Origin: an uncultured Thermoanaerobacterales bacterium
GTDB lineage: Bacteria > Bacillota > Clostridia > Christensenellales > UBA1242
Direction of reading: 5' to 3'
Length of the DNA stretch: 37,507 nt
NCBI GenBank assembly: GCA_949840475.1
Contig: CATKXA010000002.1
Coordinates: 1 to 37,507 of the forward strand
In this document: positions 28,809 through 35,505 of the stretch, piece after piece
Numbering within the stretch: the stretch's first letter is position 1
Layout of the letters: each line of letters begins with the position of its first letter
Made by a program: the position numbers and the translations under genes
The notes under the pieces: generated by a model
What the model was told of the DNA's origin: nothing
The model's database searches: none
What the model saw: only the letters and a program-made list of their open reading frames with translations

Positions 28809-28850
28809 ATTGTTTCCTTGCTCTAAACTCAAATCACGGCTTTAATTAAA
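28800..28850 (+). repeat. Direct repeat module B (partner of 28547-28598)
   Basis: ggattttttattgtttccttgctctaaaCtcaaat..ggctttaatta. Confidence 0.8.
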
Positions 28851-28901
28851 GGACTGACCAAATTTAATGGGTGATTTTGTCGAAAAACTATAAACTAAGG
28901 T

Positions 28902-28929
28902 CAGATTCTTTTAAGAATCTGCTTTTTTA
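28902..28929 (+). terminator. Rho-independent terminator with no upstream CDS
   Basis: cagattctt tt aagaatctg followed by cttttttat. Confidence 0.7.
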
Positions 28930-28950
28930 TAAAATTTATCTTAAATTGAG

Positions 28951-28979
28951 TTGACAATGGTGTTGATTTACTTTATTAT
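28951..28979 (+). promoter_or_regulatory. Near-consensus sigma-70 promoter with no downstream CDS
   Basis: TTGACA (28951-56), exactly 17 nt, TATTAT (28974-79). Confidence 0.6.
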
Positions 28980-28985
28980 GAACCT

Positions 28986-29125
28986 AATTATACTAGCAGA
29001 CACATTAGTTGAGTGCTAATATAATAAATAATATTAGAGGTAAATTTATTGAAGTAAATTTTTGAATAGATTATATAAAAAGCAAAAATAACACCGAGAT
29101 AAATTAGCCTCGGTGTTATTTTTGT
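28986..29125 (+). ncRNA. Candidate ~140-nt small RNA bounded by a consensus promoter and a strong terminator
   Basis: Promoter at 28951-28979. Terminator aataacaccgag (29087-98) / ctcggtgttatt (29109-20) plus a T-run. No ORF with an SD lies in between. Internal hairpin tagca...tgcta. Confidence 0.4.
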
Positions 29126-29182
29126 TCAACTTGAAGATGAATTCTTTTGGCCTGAGAAACTATAAGAATTCAAAGGATGGAG

Positions 29183-29213
29183 TTGATAATGACTTAAATC
29201 ATTATGATATAAT
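29183..29213 (+). promoter_or_regulatory. Candidate promoter with extended -10 upstream of the HNH gene
   Basis: TTGATA (29183-88); TGaTATAAT (29205-13). Confidence 0.5.
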
Positions 29214-29230
29214 TTTAATAAATTTATAAG

Positions 29231-29309
29231 TCATTGTCAACCCCTAGAATGCCGTTTTTCGGCGAAAAACGTATTTTCGTTTATATGGTAGGACAATGAT
29301 TTTTATTTT
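29231..29309 (+). promoter_or_regulatory. Structured 5' leader / terminator-like three-helix element before the HNH gene
   Basis: Outer stem tcattgtc (29231-38) / gacaatga (29292-99), followed by tttttatttt. Inner hairpins gccg ttttt cggc (29251-63) and aaacg tatttt cgttt (29267-82). Confidence 0.4.
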
Positions 29310-29399
29310 CAAGTTGAAATATTAAAACAAGGAGAGTGATAACAAAACAAAAAACTTATTACAAAAGATAGAAAATAAAAATAAAAGAGGAGATAGTGA

Positions 29400-29675
29400 A
29401 TGGATATTTTTAGAAGACACAAACCTTATGTGACTCCGAATGGCTATAAATATCATTATAACCCTAAAAGTCCTGATGCTAATTGTTACGGTTATGCTCC
29501 TGTACATAGAGATGTTGCACGCAAAGCACTCGGCAGAGATTTTAAGCCAAATGAAGTTGTGCATCATATTGATGGAAACAAGCTTAATAACAGAAAAAAC
29601 AATTTAAAAGTCATGACTGATTCCGAGCACTACAAGCTTCATAACTTAAGACTTTGCAAAAGAAAGTCTTATTAA
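29400..29675 (+). CDS. Small stand-alone HNH endonuclease (91 aa)
   Basis: SD gaggag lies 7 nt upstream. VVHHIDGNKLNNRKNNLKVMTDSEHYKLH is an HNH (HNH_3-like) H-N-H motif. Confidence 0.85.
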   Translation: MDIFRRHKPYVTPNGYKYHYNPKSPDANCYGYAPVHRDVARKALGRDFKPNEVVHHIDGNKLNNRKNNLKVMTDSEHYKLHNLRLCKRKSY

Positions 29676-29713
29676 AGAGGGCTTAGACAAAAAACAATAA
29701 AGGAGAAATAAGG

Positions 29714-29959
29714 ATGCGTAGAATAGTAATGTATGATTTAAATTATGCAGATAATGATGATTACACAGAATTGTATAATTTCTTGGATGAATTAAAAGCT
29801 AAAAAATTAACAGAGTCGTGTTATTTGGTTGATACTACTATTGAAATAAATACTTTTAAATCCAAGTTAGCTTCACTTACTAAAAAGGGTGACAATGTAA
29901 AAGTTATTTATTCAAGCAGTAAATACAATATCGACGTAACAAATGTTTTACATAATTAA
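29714..29959 (+). CDS. Hypothetical 81-aa protein with a possible Cas2/VapD-like ferredoxin fold
   Basis: SD aaggag lies 8 nt upstream. MRRIVMYDL... (beta1 with Asp8), then an alternating helix/strand pattern (YTELYNFLDELKA / LTESCYLVDT / INTFKSKLASL / DNVKVIY). The fold call is inference only. Confidence 0.7.
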   Translation: MRRIVMYDLNYADNDDYTELYNFLDELKAKKLTESCYLVDTTIEINTFKSKLASLTKKGDNVKVIYSSSKYNIDVTNVLHN

Positions 29960-29962
29960 AAT

Positions 29963-29990
29963 AAAAGTTGGCGTTTGCCAACTTTTATTT
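29963..29990 (+). terminator. Rho-independent terminator
   Basis: aaaagttggc gttt gccaactttt followed by attt. Confidence 0.85.
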
Positions 29991-30096
29991 ATTGAGGAAA
30001 TTATAAATTTTCTTCCAACACTACGAACTTTCCGACTAACGATATTTTTATATTATTTACTAGAAGTCTTTTATAAGTGGCTAATATAAGTCAGTA

Positions 30097-30124
30097 TTGA
30101 CAATAATGCTTTTATGGTTATAAT
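30097..30124 (+). promoter_or_regulatory. Near-consensus sigma-70 promoter for the 299-aa orphan gene
   Basis: TTGACA (30097-102), 16 nt, TATAAT (30119-24). Confidence 0.6.
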
Positions 30125-30155
30125 TTTAGTTAGAAAACATTAGGGTGGTAAGATT

Positions 30156-31055
30156 ATGGATAATATGGGTGTTGCGTTCGCGAACTTTATGAATTCTTTT
30201 AAAGATAAACAATTTGGCATCTTTAATACAATGAGCAAAGAACAAAAAGAACGTTTTGAAGTGTTGACCGCTTCACTTAGGAAGGAGATTGATTCAACAT
30301 CTTTTTCGGTAGCCGAGGCTAAAAGTTTTGCTTGCAATGATATTGCAAACAACCTAACAAAAATACCAAATGAGTTACCATTTATATCAGAACTAGGCAG
30401 TGATGAACCATTTTGTTTTTTGGCACGTGTTGATACCAGTGCAAGCGGGGATTATGACCCTAGGCAATTAACCAAGCAATTAAAATCTAGAAAATTCTTA
30501 TCATACACAGTTATTACCGAGAAAAATATATCACATTACCAAACCAAGCATCCTTTTATGCTTGCATATAACATGCCTGCTGAGGCAATCGTTCACGTTT
30601 TTCCAACAGACTCAGATACAAACATAAATGCGAGCAACGAAGATGAGGTAAGTGCATACCCAAGTTTGTGGTTAACGCTTGATGAACTTAATGAGTTTAC
30701 TAATGATATACAGCTTTATAACCAAATAACCTGTAAAACAAAAGTTAATGGCGAGTACATTTTGCCAGCTGCTATTTTAGTTTTTAATGAAACTAATGAT
30801 GCAGCAGAAGAAGCGGCAAAAAATTTAGGCTTGCCAGTTATTATAGCCCATCCACAAAAAGACGCTATAAATTACATTGGGGATAGTGTTTTTATAGATA
30901 GAGATAGGGAAGCCGCTAGTAAATATAATAGAATGGTTGAAGTTTTTAGAAGCAGGCTTGTAAGATGTTTTAAAACCAAAAATGAGAAAAGAATCTTTGA
31001 TGCGTTTATGAAAAGTTTTGCTCAAGATCTTATGAATATGGTTATGGGATCTTAG
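30156..31055 (+). CDS. Hypothetical protein (299 aa, no motif recognised)
   Basis: Long ORF with its own promoter, SD gggtgg and terminator. No TM segment or signal peptide. Acidic central region. Confidence 0.75.
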   Translation: MDNMGVAFANFMNSFKDKQFGIFNTMSKEQKERFEVLTASLRKEIDSTSFSVAEAKSFACNDIANNLTKIPNELPFISELGSDEPFCFLARVDTSASGDYDPRQLTKQLKSRKFLSYTVITEKNISHYQTKHPFMLAYNMPAEAIVHVFPTDSDTNINASNEDEVSAYPSLWLTLDELNEFTNDIQLYNQITCKTKVNGEYILPAAILVFNETNDAAEEAAKNLGLPVIIAHPQKDAINYIGDSVFIDRDREAASKYNRMVEVFRSRLVRCFKTKNEKRIFDAFMKSFAQDLMNMVMGS

Positions 31056-31058
31056 TAT

Positions 31059-31086
31059 AAAAAAAGGAGCAGACGCTCCTTTTTTT
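31059..31086. terminator. Bidirectional terminator between convergent genes
   Basis: aaaaaaa aggagc agac gctcct ttttttt (A-run and T-run flank a GC-rich stem). Confidence 0.8.
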
Positions 31087-31201
31087 AAGCAAATAATTTT
31101 AAGTTCGATTATTGTTTTATTTGGAAACAAGATTTATAAGTAAGTCTATTATGTTGCTGATTTGTTTAAAGTCAAAAGCAATTTAGAGTGCAAGTAAACC
31201 G

Positions 31202-31780
31202 TTAATGGGTTTCCATGCATTCTAAATTATTAATAATACATTTTAGCTTTTCAAATATCGGGCCATTCATTGTATAGCCTTTGGGGTTGAGAGGGGAAGG
31301 ATGATAAATGGGCAATAGAATGTATTTTTTATTATCAATGACAAAATCGATCGTTTTGCCAACGTAGTCAGCGTATCTTTTTATTTTTATGCCAAGCAGT
31401 GCCTGTGTTGGATTTTGACCCATTGTAAGTATAATATTACATGGAATATTTTTCAACTGCTCTAACAAAAACGGCATACAATTTTTCGAGCATTTTTCGA
31501 GGTTCTTTCTATCTTCGATAATACATTTACAACACTCGGTAAAATAAATATCTTTTATAGAATATCCTATGTTACTTAGGAGTTTTTCTAAAACTCTACC
31601 GCTTGCTTGCAATTTGCCTTTTGTGTTATAAAAAGCCCTTTTGGATTCTATCCATCCATCTTTTGCTGGGCTTTCGCCAATAACTATAAATGGAGTAGTT
31701 CCAATTTGAATATTTGGTTCAATTAGTTTGGGTAGCTCCCCGCACAATCTGCAGTTCGCTATAGATTCATTTAATGCCAT
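31202..31780 (-). CDS. Uracil-DNA glycosylase superfamily protein (family 4/5-like, probable 4Fe-4S)
   Basis: 192 aa. CRLC at residues 10-13, FIVIGESPAKDG (motif A variant), FTECCKC...EKCSKNC Cys cluster, LLPIYHPSPLN (motif B). Confidence 0.85.
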   Translation of the reverse strand: MALNESIANCRLCGELPKLIEPNIQIGTTPFIVIGESPAKDGWIESKRAFYNTKGKLQASGRVLEKLLSNIGYSIKDIYFTECCKCIIEDRKNLEKCSKNCMPFLLEQLKNIPCNIILTMGQNPTQALLGIKIKRYADYVGKTIDFVIDNKKYILLPIYHPSPLNPKGYTMNGPIFEKLKCIINNLECMETH

Positions 31781-31871
31781 AAATGTAGTTTTATCCTTAT
31801 TTTATTGTGTATTTTACAAATTACGTCTTTGTATAATGCCGATCGAACGAAATTTGCCATTAGTGCACAGT

Positions 31872-33203
31872 TTAATCGCAATTTTTAAGCCTATAGGTTG
31901 TATTCATAAAAACATTGGTTAGTGCTAGTGAGCCATCAATGCAAGTAAATCCAAGTTCAATAAATTTGGTTTTTGTTGATGCCTTAAAGTTAAGGGACAG
32001 ATTGAAAAACTCGCCTTGAATAAAGTTAATTGTTTTATCGCTAATGTCTAAGACTTGTGTTTTGCCTATTTGTGTTTTGTCCTTATCTAGTTGCTTTATA
32101 TATAGCTTGGCATGAGAATTGATATCTAGAAGTTTTACACTTGCTTTAACGTAGTATTCATAGCCACTTATTATGTCGGTCACAATTTGTTTCGCAAAAG
32201 AATCAGTGGTTAAAAGCAAACCGCTTTTATTTTTACCAGCGGTCTTATTGATAGCTATGTTTTTAGAAAGCTCCCAAACTTTATCAATAGAATACTTTTC
32301 ATAAAGTGGTGAGTTAGTAAAGCTAGCATCGGCAATCATATTTGCGACAGGTGGCAAAGGGAGGCTTTTGGTTGGAAAGGTTGAACTTTTAAAATTGGCT
32401 TTATCATAATTTACGTATGGCTGGTTTTCGTACGGCGTATAACTTATATAGTCTATTTGCATATAGTCTTCTTCAAAATCAGCATTTCCTGCCCAATTTC
32501 TTGGAAACCAGTTTCCTATAAAAATATTGCCTGCAACATATGGAACATGAGTGGATGAAGTATAAATCAATTTATTGTCTATATAATAATCAATTCTATT
32601 AGGAGAAGTATGCCATTCAAAGGCATATATATGCCAATCTCCATCTGCGTTATTAATTTTGGTCAATTTAGACACGTGTGTGCTATCTTTTTCTGTATGC
32701 CAGTTAGTAAACCAAACACTTTTAAAGTCTTGGTTAACGTTAAGTTCAATATCAATTTCTTGATTCAGCTCACTTTTTAAGTTGCCCATAAGGTCAAGGG
32801 AATCGCCGTACATAAAAGTCCAAAACGCAGTGCTTGTTCCAAAACGTGGAACCATTTTCATTTTCGTTTCAAATCTTCCTGGGCCGTATGCAAGTTTGCT
32901 TATGAGCGTGCCACCCTGGTAATTCTTTTGAGGGTCACTAAAATACTTGCCGTAGGATTTTATAGTGACAATACCATCTTTATTCCAAAGCACATTTTCT
33001 GGTCTTACACCATGATTAAAATCGGGACCCCATTTAAAATCGCCGACATTCCAAAGATTTGAAGAAAGGATTTTATTAGTAAAATCGTCAAAAAAAGCAA
33101 GAGGTGAGCTTTTGTTTAAGCCATAATCCCTGTTATATTTTGAGCTCTTAGCTGTAGATAAAGTAGATATTTTGTTTGCACAGTTTGTTTGCTTATTTGT
33201 CAT
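31872..33203 (-). CDS. Glycoside hydrolase family 16 (beta-glucanase/laminarinase-like) with a C-terminal CBM-like beta-sandwich
   Basis: Catalytic ExDxxE: NQEIDIELN. GH16 jelly-roll motifs (GRFETKMK, STAFWTF, WHIYAFEW, DYMQIDYI). ATG at 33203 has SD aggagaa; the ORF-track start at 33329 is a TTG running through a 19-bp hairpin. Confidence 0.85.
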   Translation of the reverse strand: MTNKQTNCANKISTLSTAKSSKYNRDYGLNKSSPLAFFDDFTNKILSSNLWNVGDFKWGPDFNHGVRPENVLWNKDGIVTIKSYGKYFSDPQKNYQGGTLISKLAYGPGRFETKMKMVPRFGTSTAFWTFMYGDSLDLMGNLKSELNQEIDIELNVNQDFKSVWFTNWHTEKDSTHVSKLTKINNADGDWHIYAFEWHTSPNRIDYYIDNKLIYTSSTHVPYVAGNIFIGNWFPRNWAGNADFEEDYMQIDYISYTPYENQPYVNYDKANFKSSTFPTKSLPLPPVANMIADASFTNSPLYEKYSIDKVWELSKNIAINKTAGKNKSGLLLTTDSFAKQIVTDIISGYEYYVKASVKLLDINSHAKLYIKQLDKDKTQIGKTQVLDISDKTINFIQGEFFNLSLNFKASTKTKFIELGFTCIDGSLALTNVFMNTTYRLKNCD

Positions 33204-33264
33204 TATTTCTCCTAAACGGTTGTATATATTGTTATTATAACAAATAGTAATTAGGAAGTCTATT

Positions 33265-33306
33265 AATAACAAAGCAGCAATGCCTCCGCATTGCTGCTTT
33301 GTTATT
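33265..33306. promoter_or_regulatory. Perfect 19-bp inverted repeat (hairpin) 62 nt upstream of the GH16 start
   Basis: aataacaaagcagcaatgc ctcc gcattgctgctttgttatt. Confidence 0.6.
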
Positions 33307-33582
33307 GGTTCAAAAAGCTTAAACTGCAATTAATGGAAATTACAAGCAATAAGATTAGCAAGAATGCGTGAAGCGTTATATAAAATTTTTGCAACATATA
33401 TCATTAGATAAGCCCATCAAAAAAGATTTCATTAATTTTAATCTGAAATTTTATCATACTCTTCGCTGAACCCAAACCCTTATGTTTTTAGCTTCGTAAA
33501 AAGGCTTTATTTCATTCGTGCATTAAGCGGCATCAAAAATTTTCTACTTTTTATATTTTTAATAAGTTTTTAAACAAAAGAG

Positions 33583-33624
33583 AAAAAACTAAAAAAGTGG
33601 TAATGCAAAAAGTGCACTGCCACT
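33583..33624 (-). terminator. Rho-independent terminator of the flavoprotein gene
   Basis: Minus strand: agtggcagtgca ctttt tgcattaccact followed by ttttttagtttttt. Confidence 0.7.
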
Positions 33625-33654
33625 ATTTAAGTTCTAAGAGTATTTGTATTCATA

Positions 33655-34182
33655 CTAAATTGCTTTACCTTTATTATATGCGGCAAGTAACTGCTTAGAA
33701 GATATATCGTTTGGCTCATCTGTGTTTTCGCCATAAACTATTCCTTTGATATTAACCAAGCCAAAGTCAGATAAGACGCGTTTAATGCTTTTCAATGAAC
33801 TGTCTATAAAAGACGTGTCATTTTCGTAACAAGAGGCAATTAGGTATATGTCTTTTTTGCCAATAGAAGTGAAAAGGGGATAAAGTCTATCTAAAAAAAC
33901 CTTTAATTGCCCGCTCATTTCTCCATAGTAAATAGGAGTGGCAAGGACTAAAACATCGGCGGCTTTTATAATAGGGTATATCTTGTTCATGTCATCATTT
34001 TGAGTACAGTTGCCAAAGTTATAGCAATCTCTGCAAGCCAAACAAAACTTAAGCTCAATATCTCTTAAGTTGATTCTTTCAACTTTATTGCGACTTTCAA
34101 TAACACCTTTTTGAAAATAATCACATAATTTATCCGAATTACCTTTTCGCATACTAGATGATATTATAACGACGTTTTTCAT
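33655..34182 (-). CDS. NAD(P)H-dependent FMN reductase / iron-sulfur flavoprotein family
   Basis: ATG at 34182 with SD gaggtgg (the ORF track extends to 34227). MKNVVIISSSMRKGNSDKL..., CLACRDCYNFGNC Cys motif, ADVLVLATPIYYGEMSGQLKVFLDRL. Confidence 0.85.
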   Translation of the reverse strand: MKNVVIISSSMRKGNSDKLCDYFQKGVIESRNKVERINLRDIELKFCLACRDCYNFGNCTQNDDMNKIYPIIKAADVLVLATPIYYGEMSGQLKVFLDRLYPLFTSIGKKDIYLIASCYENDTSFIDSSLKSIKRVLSDFGLVNIKGIVYGENTDEPNDISSKQLLAAYNKGKAI

Positions 34183-34307
34183 TTGACCACCTCTAGCAAA
34201 TATTATCACAACTCCCAAATAATTCAAAATAAAAAAACGTACCCATGAAAATTGGGGGGGGGTGTTTTTTACTTGTGGCTGAAAGTTTGATTGGCTAAAT
34301 GTACTTC

Positions 34308-34618
34308 CTAAATTTGCAAGTAATTCACATTTTTACTAAATTTTGATGAATATTCAATTTCATATTTTGTGCTTGAACCAATGTATCCTTTTTTGTTTAT
34401 AACAAGAATTTCATCAGGCATTTCTATTCTTTTAACAACAAATCTTTTAATATCTTAGCTTTAAAATTATCTATTTCATCATCGGCAAATAAAATACAGG
34501 CATTAGGCAATTTCCCATTGTAGAGTAAGTTTTTTCATTTCTTTAACAAAATCTTCTTTAAACTTTGCACTCCCACAAAGTGTATCTATTTTTTTTGTCT
34601 CTCTATAGATATTGACAT
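34308..34618 (-). pseudogene. Decayed small gene broken into three frames
   Basis: Minus-strand hand translation gives three fragments separated by in-frame stops and frameshifts: MSISIERQKKIDTLCGSAKFKEDFVKEMKKLTLQWEIA* / PNACILFADDEIDNFKAKILKDLLLKE* / MPDEILVINKKGYIGSSTKYEIEYSSKFSKNVNYLQI*. The LCGSxKF and GYIGSST..EIEY pattern resembles small Rossmann-type (nucleoside deoxyribosyltransferase-like) proteins; the family call is tentative. Confidence 0.4.
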
Positions 34619-34696
34619 ATTGTTTTTTAGCCCCACGTATATTTTATTGTATCATTAACCGATTTGTTTTTAAAACCGAGAGTAGAAAATTTAAGC

Positions 34697-35413
34697 TTAC
34701 ATTGAGTTATCAGCATTTAATTTTCGTTGTTCTGTGACATATTCGTAGTGCTTAATAAAAATTTCTCTGTAATTAATATTGTCAAAAGTGAAGTCAAAAC
34801 CATTAAGGTTATGAAAAAGACAAATTAGATGGTCAAGCAACAATGCACAAATATAGATAAAGTTGTCAATATAGTAACTAATTACCTTATCGCTTAATTG
34901 AGTAAAGGATAATGAATTATGTACAAAATTATTACAATACATTCTCCATGTTGCCAGTGAATCTATCTTTGCTTTCTTTATTATTATGTCTATTGAAAGA
35001 TTGGTTTCACCTAAATTTTCTAACCATCCAAAATCACAAAAATTCATAAAGTTAGATTTTGTTTTGCTTTGTTTTTTTAATTTAAGAAATTCTTGTGTTG
35101 TCGATTTCCTATCTACAATTAAATTTAGTTTCATTTTTGCAAATTTATTATATTCATCTAGTATAAAAGAATTTTCTAATAAAACTTGCAAAGTGGAAAC
35201 TTGTTCTATTAAAGACCTTAATAATGTTCCTGCTTGCGTATATGCATTAATATCTATTGCGTGACAAATCAATTCGATAGTTTTAAAATTGTCAAAAAAC
35301 AATCGGTAATAAGTGTTGTTAGAGTTGCTTTCATCATTATCTATGTAATAAAAAATAGTATAAGGCATTTTTTTGCAAATCTCATTTAATATATTTTTAA
35401 GTTGTATATACAT
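34697..35413 (-). CDS. Hypothetical all-alpha protein (238 aa), possibly DUF5677/Abi-like
   Basis: SD gaggt and an upstream TGcTATAAT. Helical heptad-like composition. LLRSLIEQVSTLQVL and YCNNFVHNS motifs. The family call is a weak inference. Confidence 0.7.
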   Translation of the reverse strand: MYIQLKNILNEICKKMPYTIFYYIDNDESNSNNTYYRLFFDNFKTIELICHAIDINAYTQAGTLLRSLIEQVSTLQVLLENSFILDEYNKFAKMKLNLIVDRKSTTQEFLKLKKQSKTKSNFMNFCDFGWLENLGETNLSIDIIIKKAKIDSLATWRMYCNNFVHNSLSFTQLSDKVISYYIDNFIYICALLLDHLICLFHNLNGFDFTFDNINYREIFIKHYEYVTEQRKLNADNSM

Positions 35414-35505
35414 ATTCTACCTCAAAATATTATAGCACAGTATTTATTATTTAGTTGCCACAATATCATGTGTAAATTTTAAACGGGCTATTAGTTTATA
35501 ATACT

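Noticed and set aside
28614-28832. 72-aa minus-strand ORF in the alaS-HNH spacer.
   Set aside because: No SD, and a Ser/Phe/Leu-rich low-complexity product. It runs antisense through hairpins and T-tracts that are better explained as plus-strand RNA structure.
28557-29675. HEARO/omega-RNA plus IscB-type (OMEGA) system, because a structured non-coding region precedes an HNH gene.
   Set aside because: The HNH protein is only 91 aa, with no RuvC or bridge-helix/PLMP domains. The non-coding region is broken up by several terminators rather than forming one long guide-RNA scaffold adjoining the ORF.
30156-31055. Cas1 candidate (about 300 aa, next to a Cas2-like gene).
   Set aside because: None of the Cas1 C-terminal helical-domain signatures (conserved E...H...D/E triad context) is visible. 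It has its own promoter, is separated from the 81-aa gene by a terminator, and there is no CRISPR array.
29322-31130. Antisense ORFs at 29322-29567, 30140-30352 and 30825-31130 (70-101 aa).
   Set aside because: Each lies opposite a better-supported plus-strand gene (HNH or the 299-aa ORF). They lack an SD, and their sequences look like frame shadows of AT-rich coding DNA.
33204-33329. N-terminal extension of the GH16 ORF from TTG 33329, which would provide a TM/signal anchor.
   Set aside because: It has a TTG start without an SD. The hydrophobic stretch is encoded by a perfect 19-bp palindrome, whereas ATG 33203 has a strong AGGAGAA SD. It is kept as an alternative in the findings.
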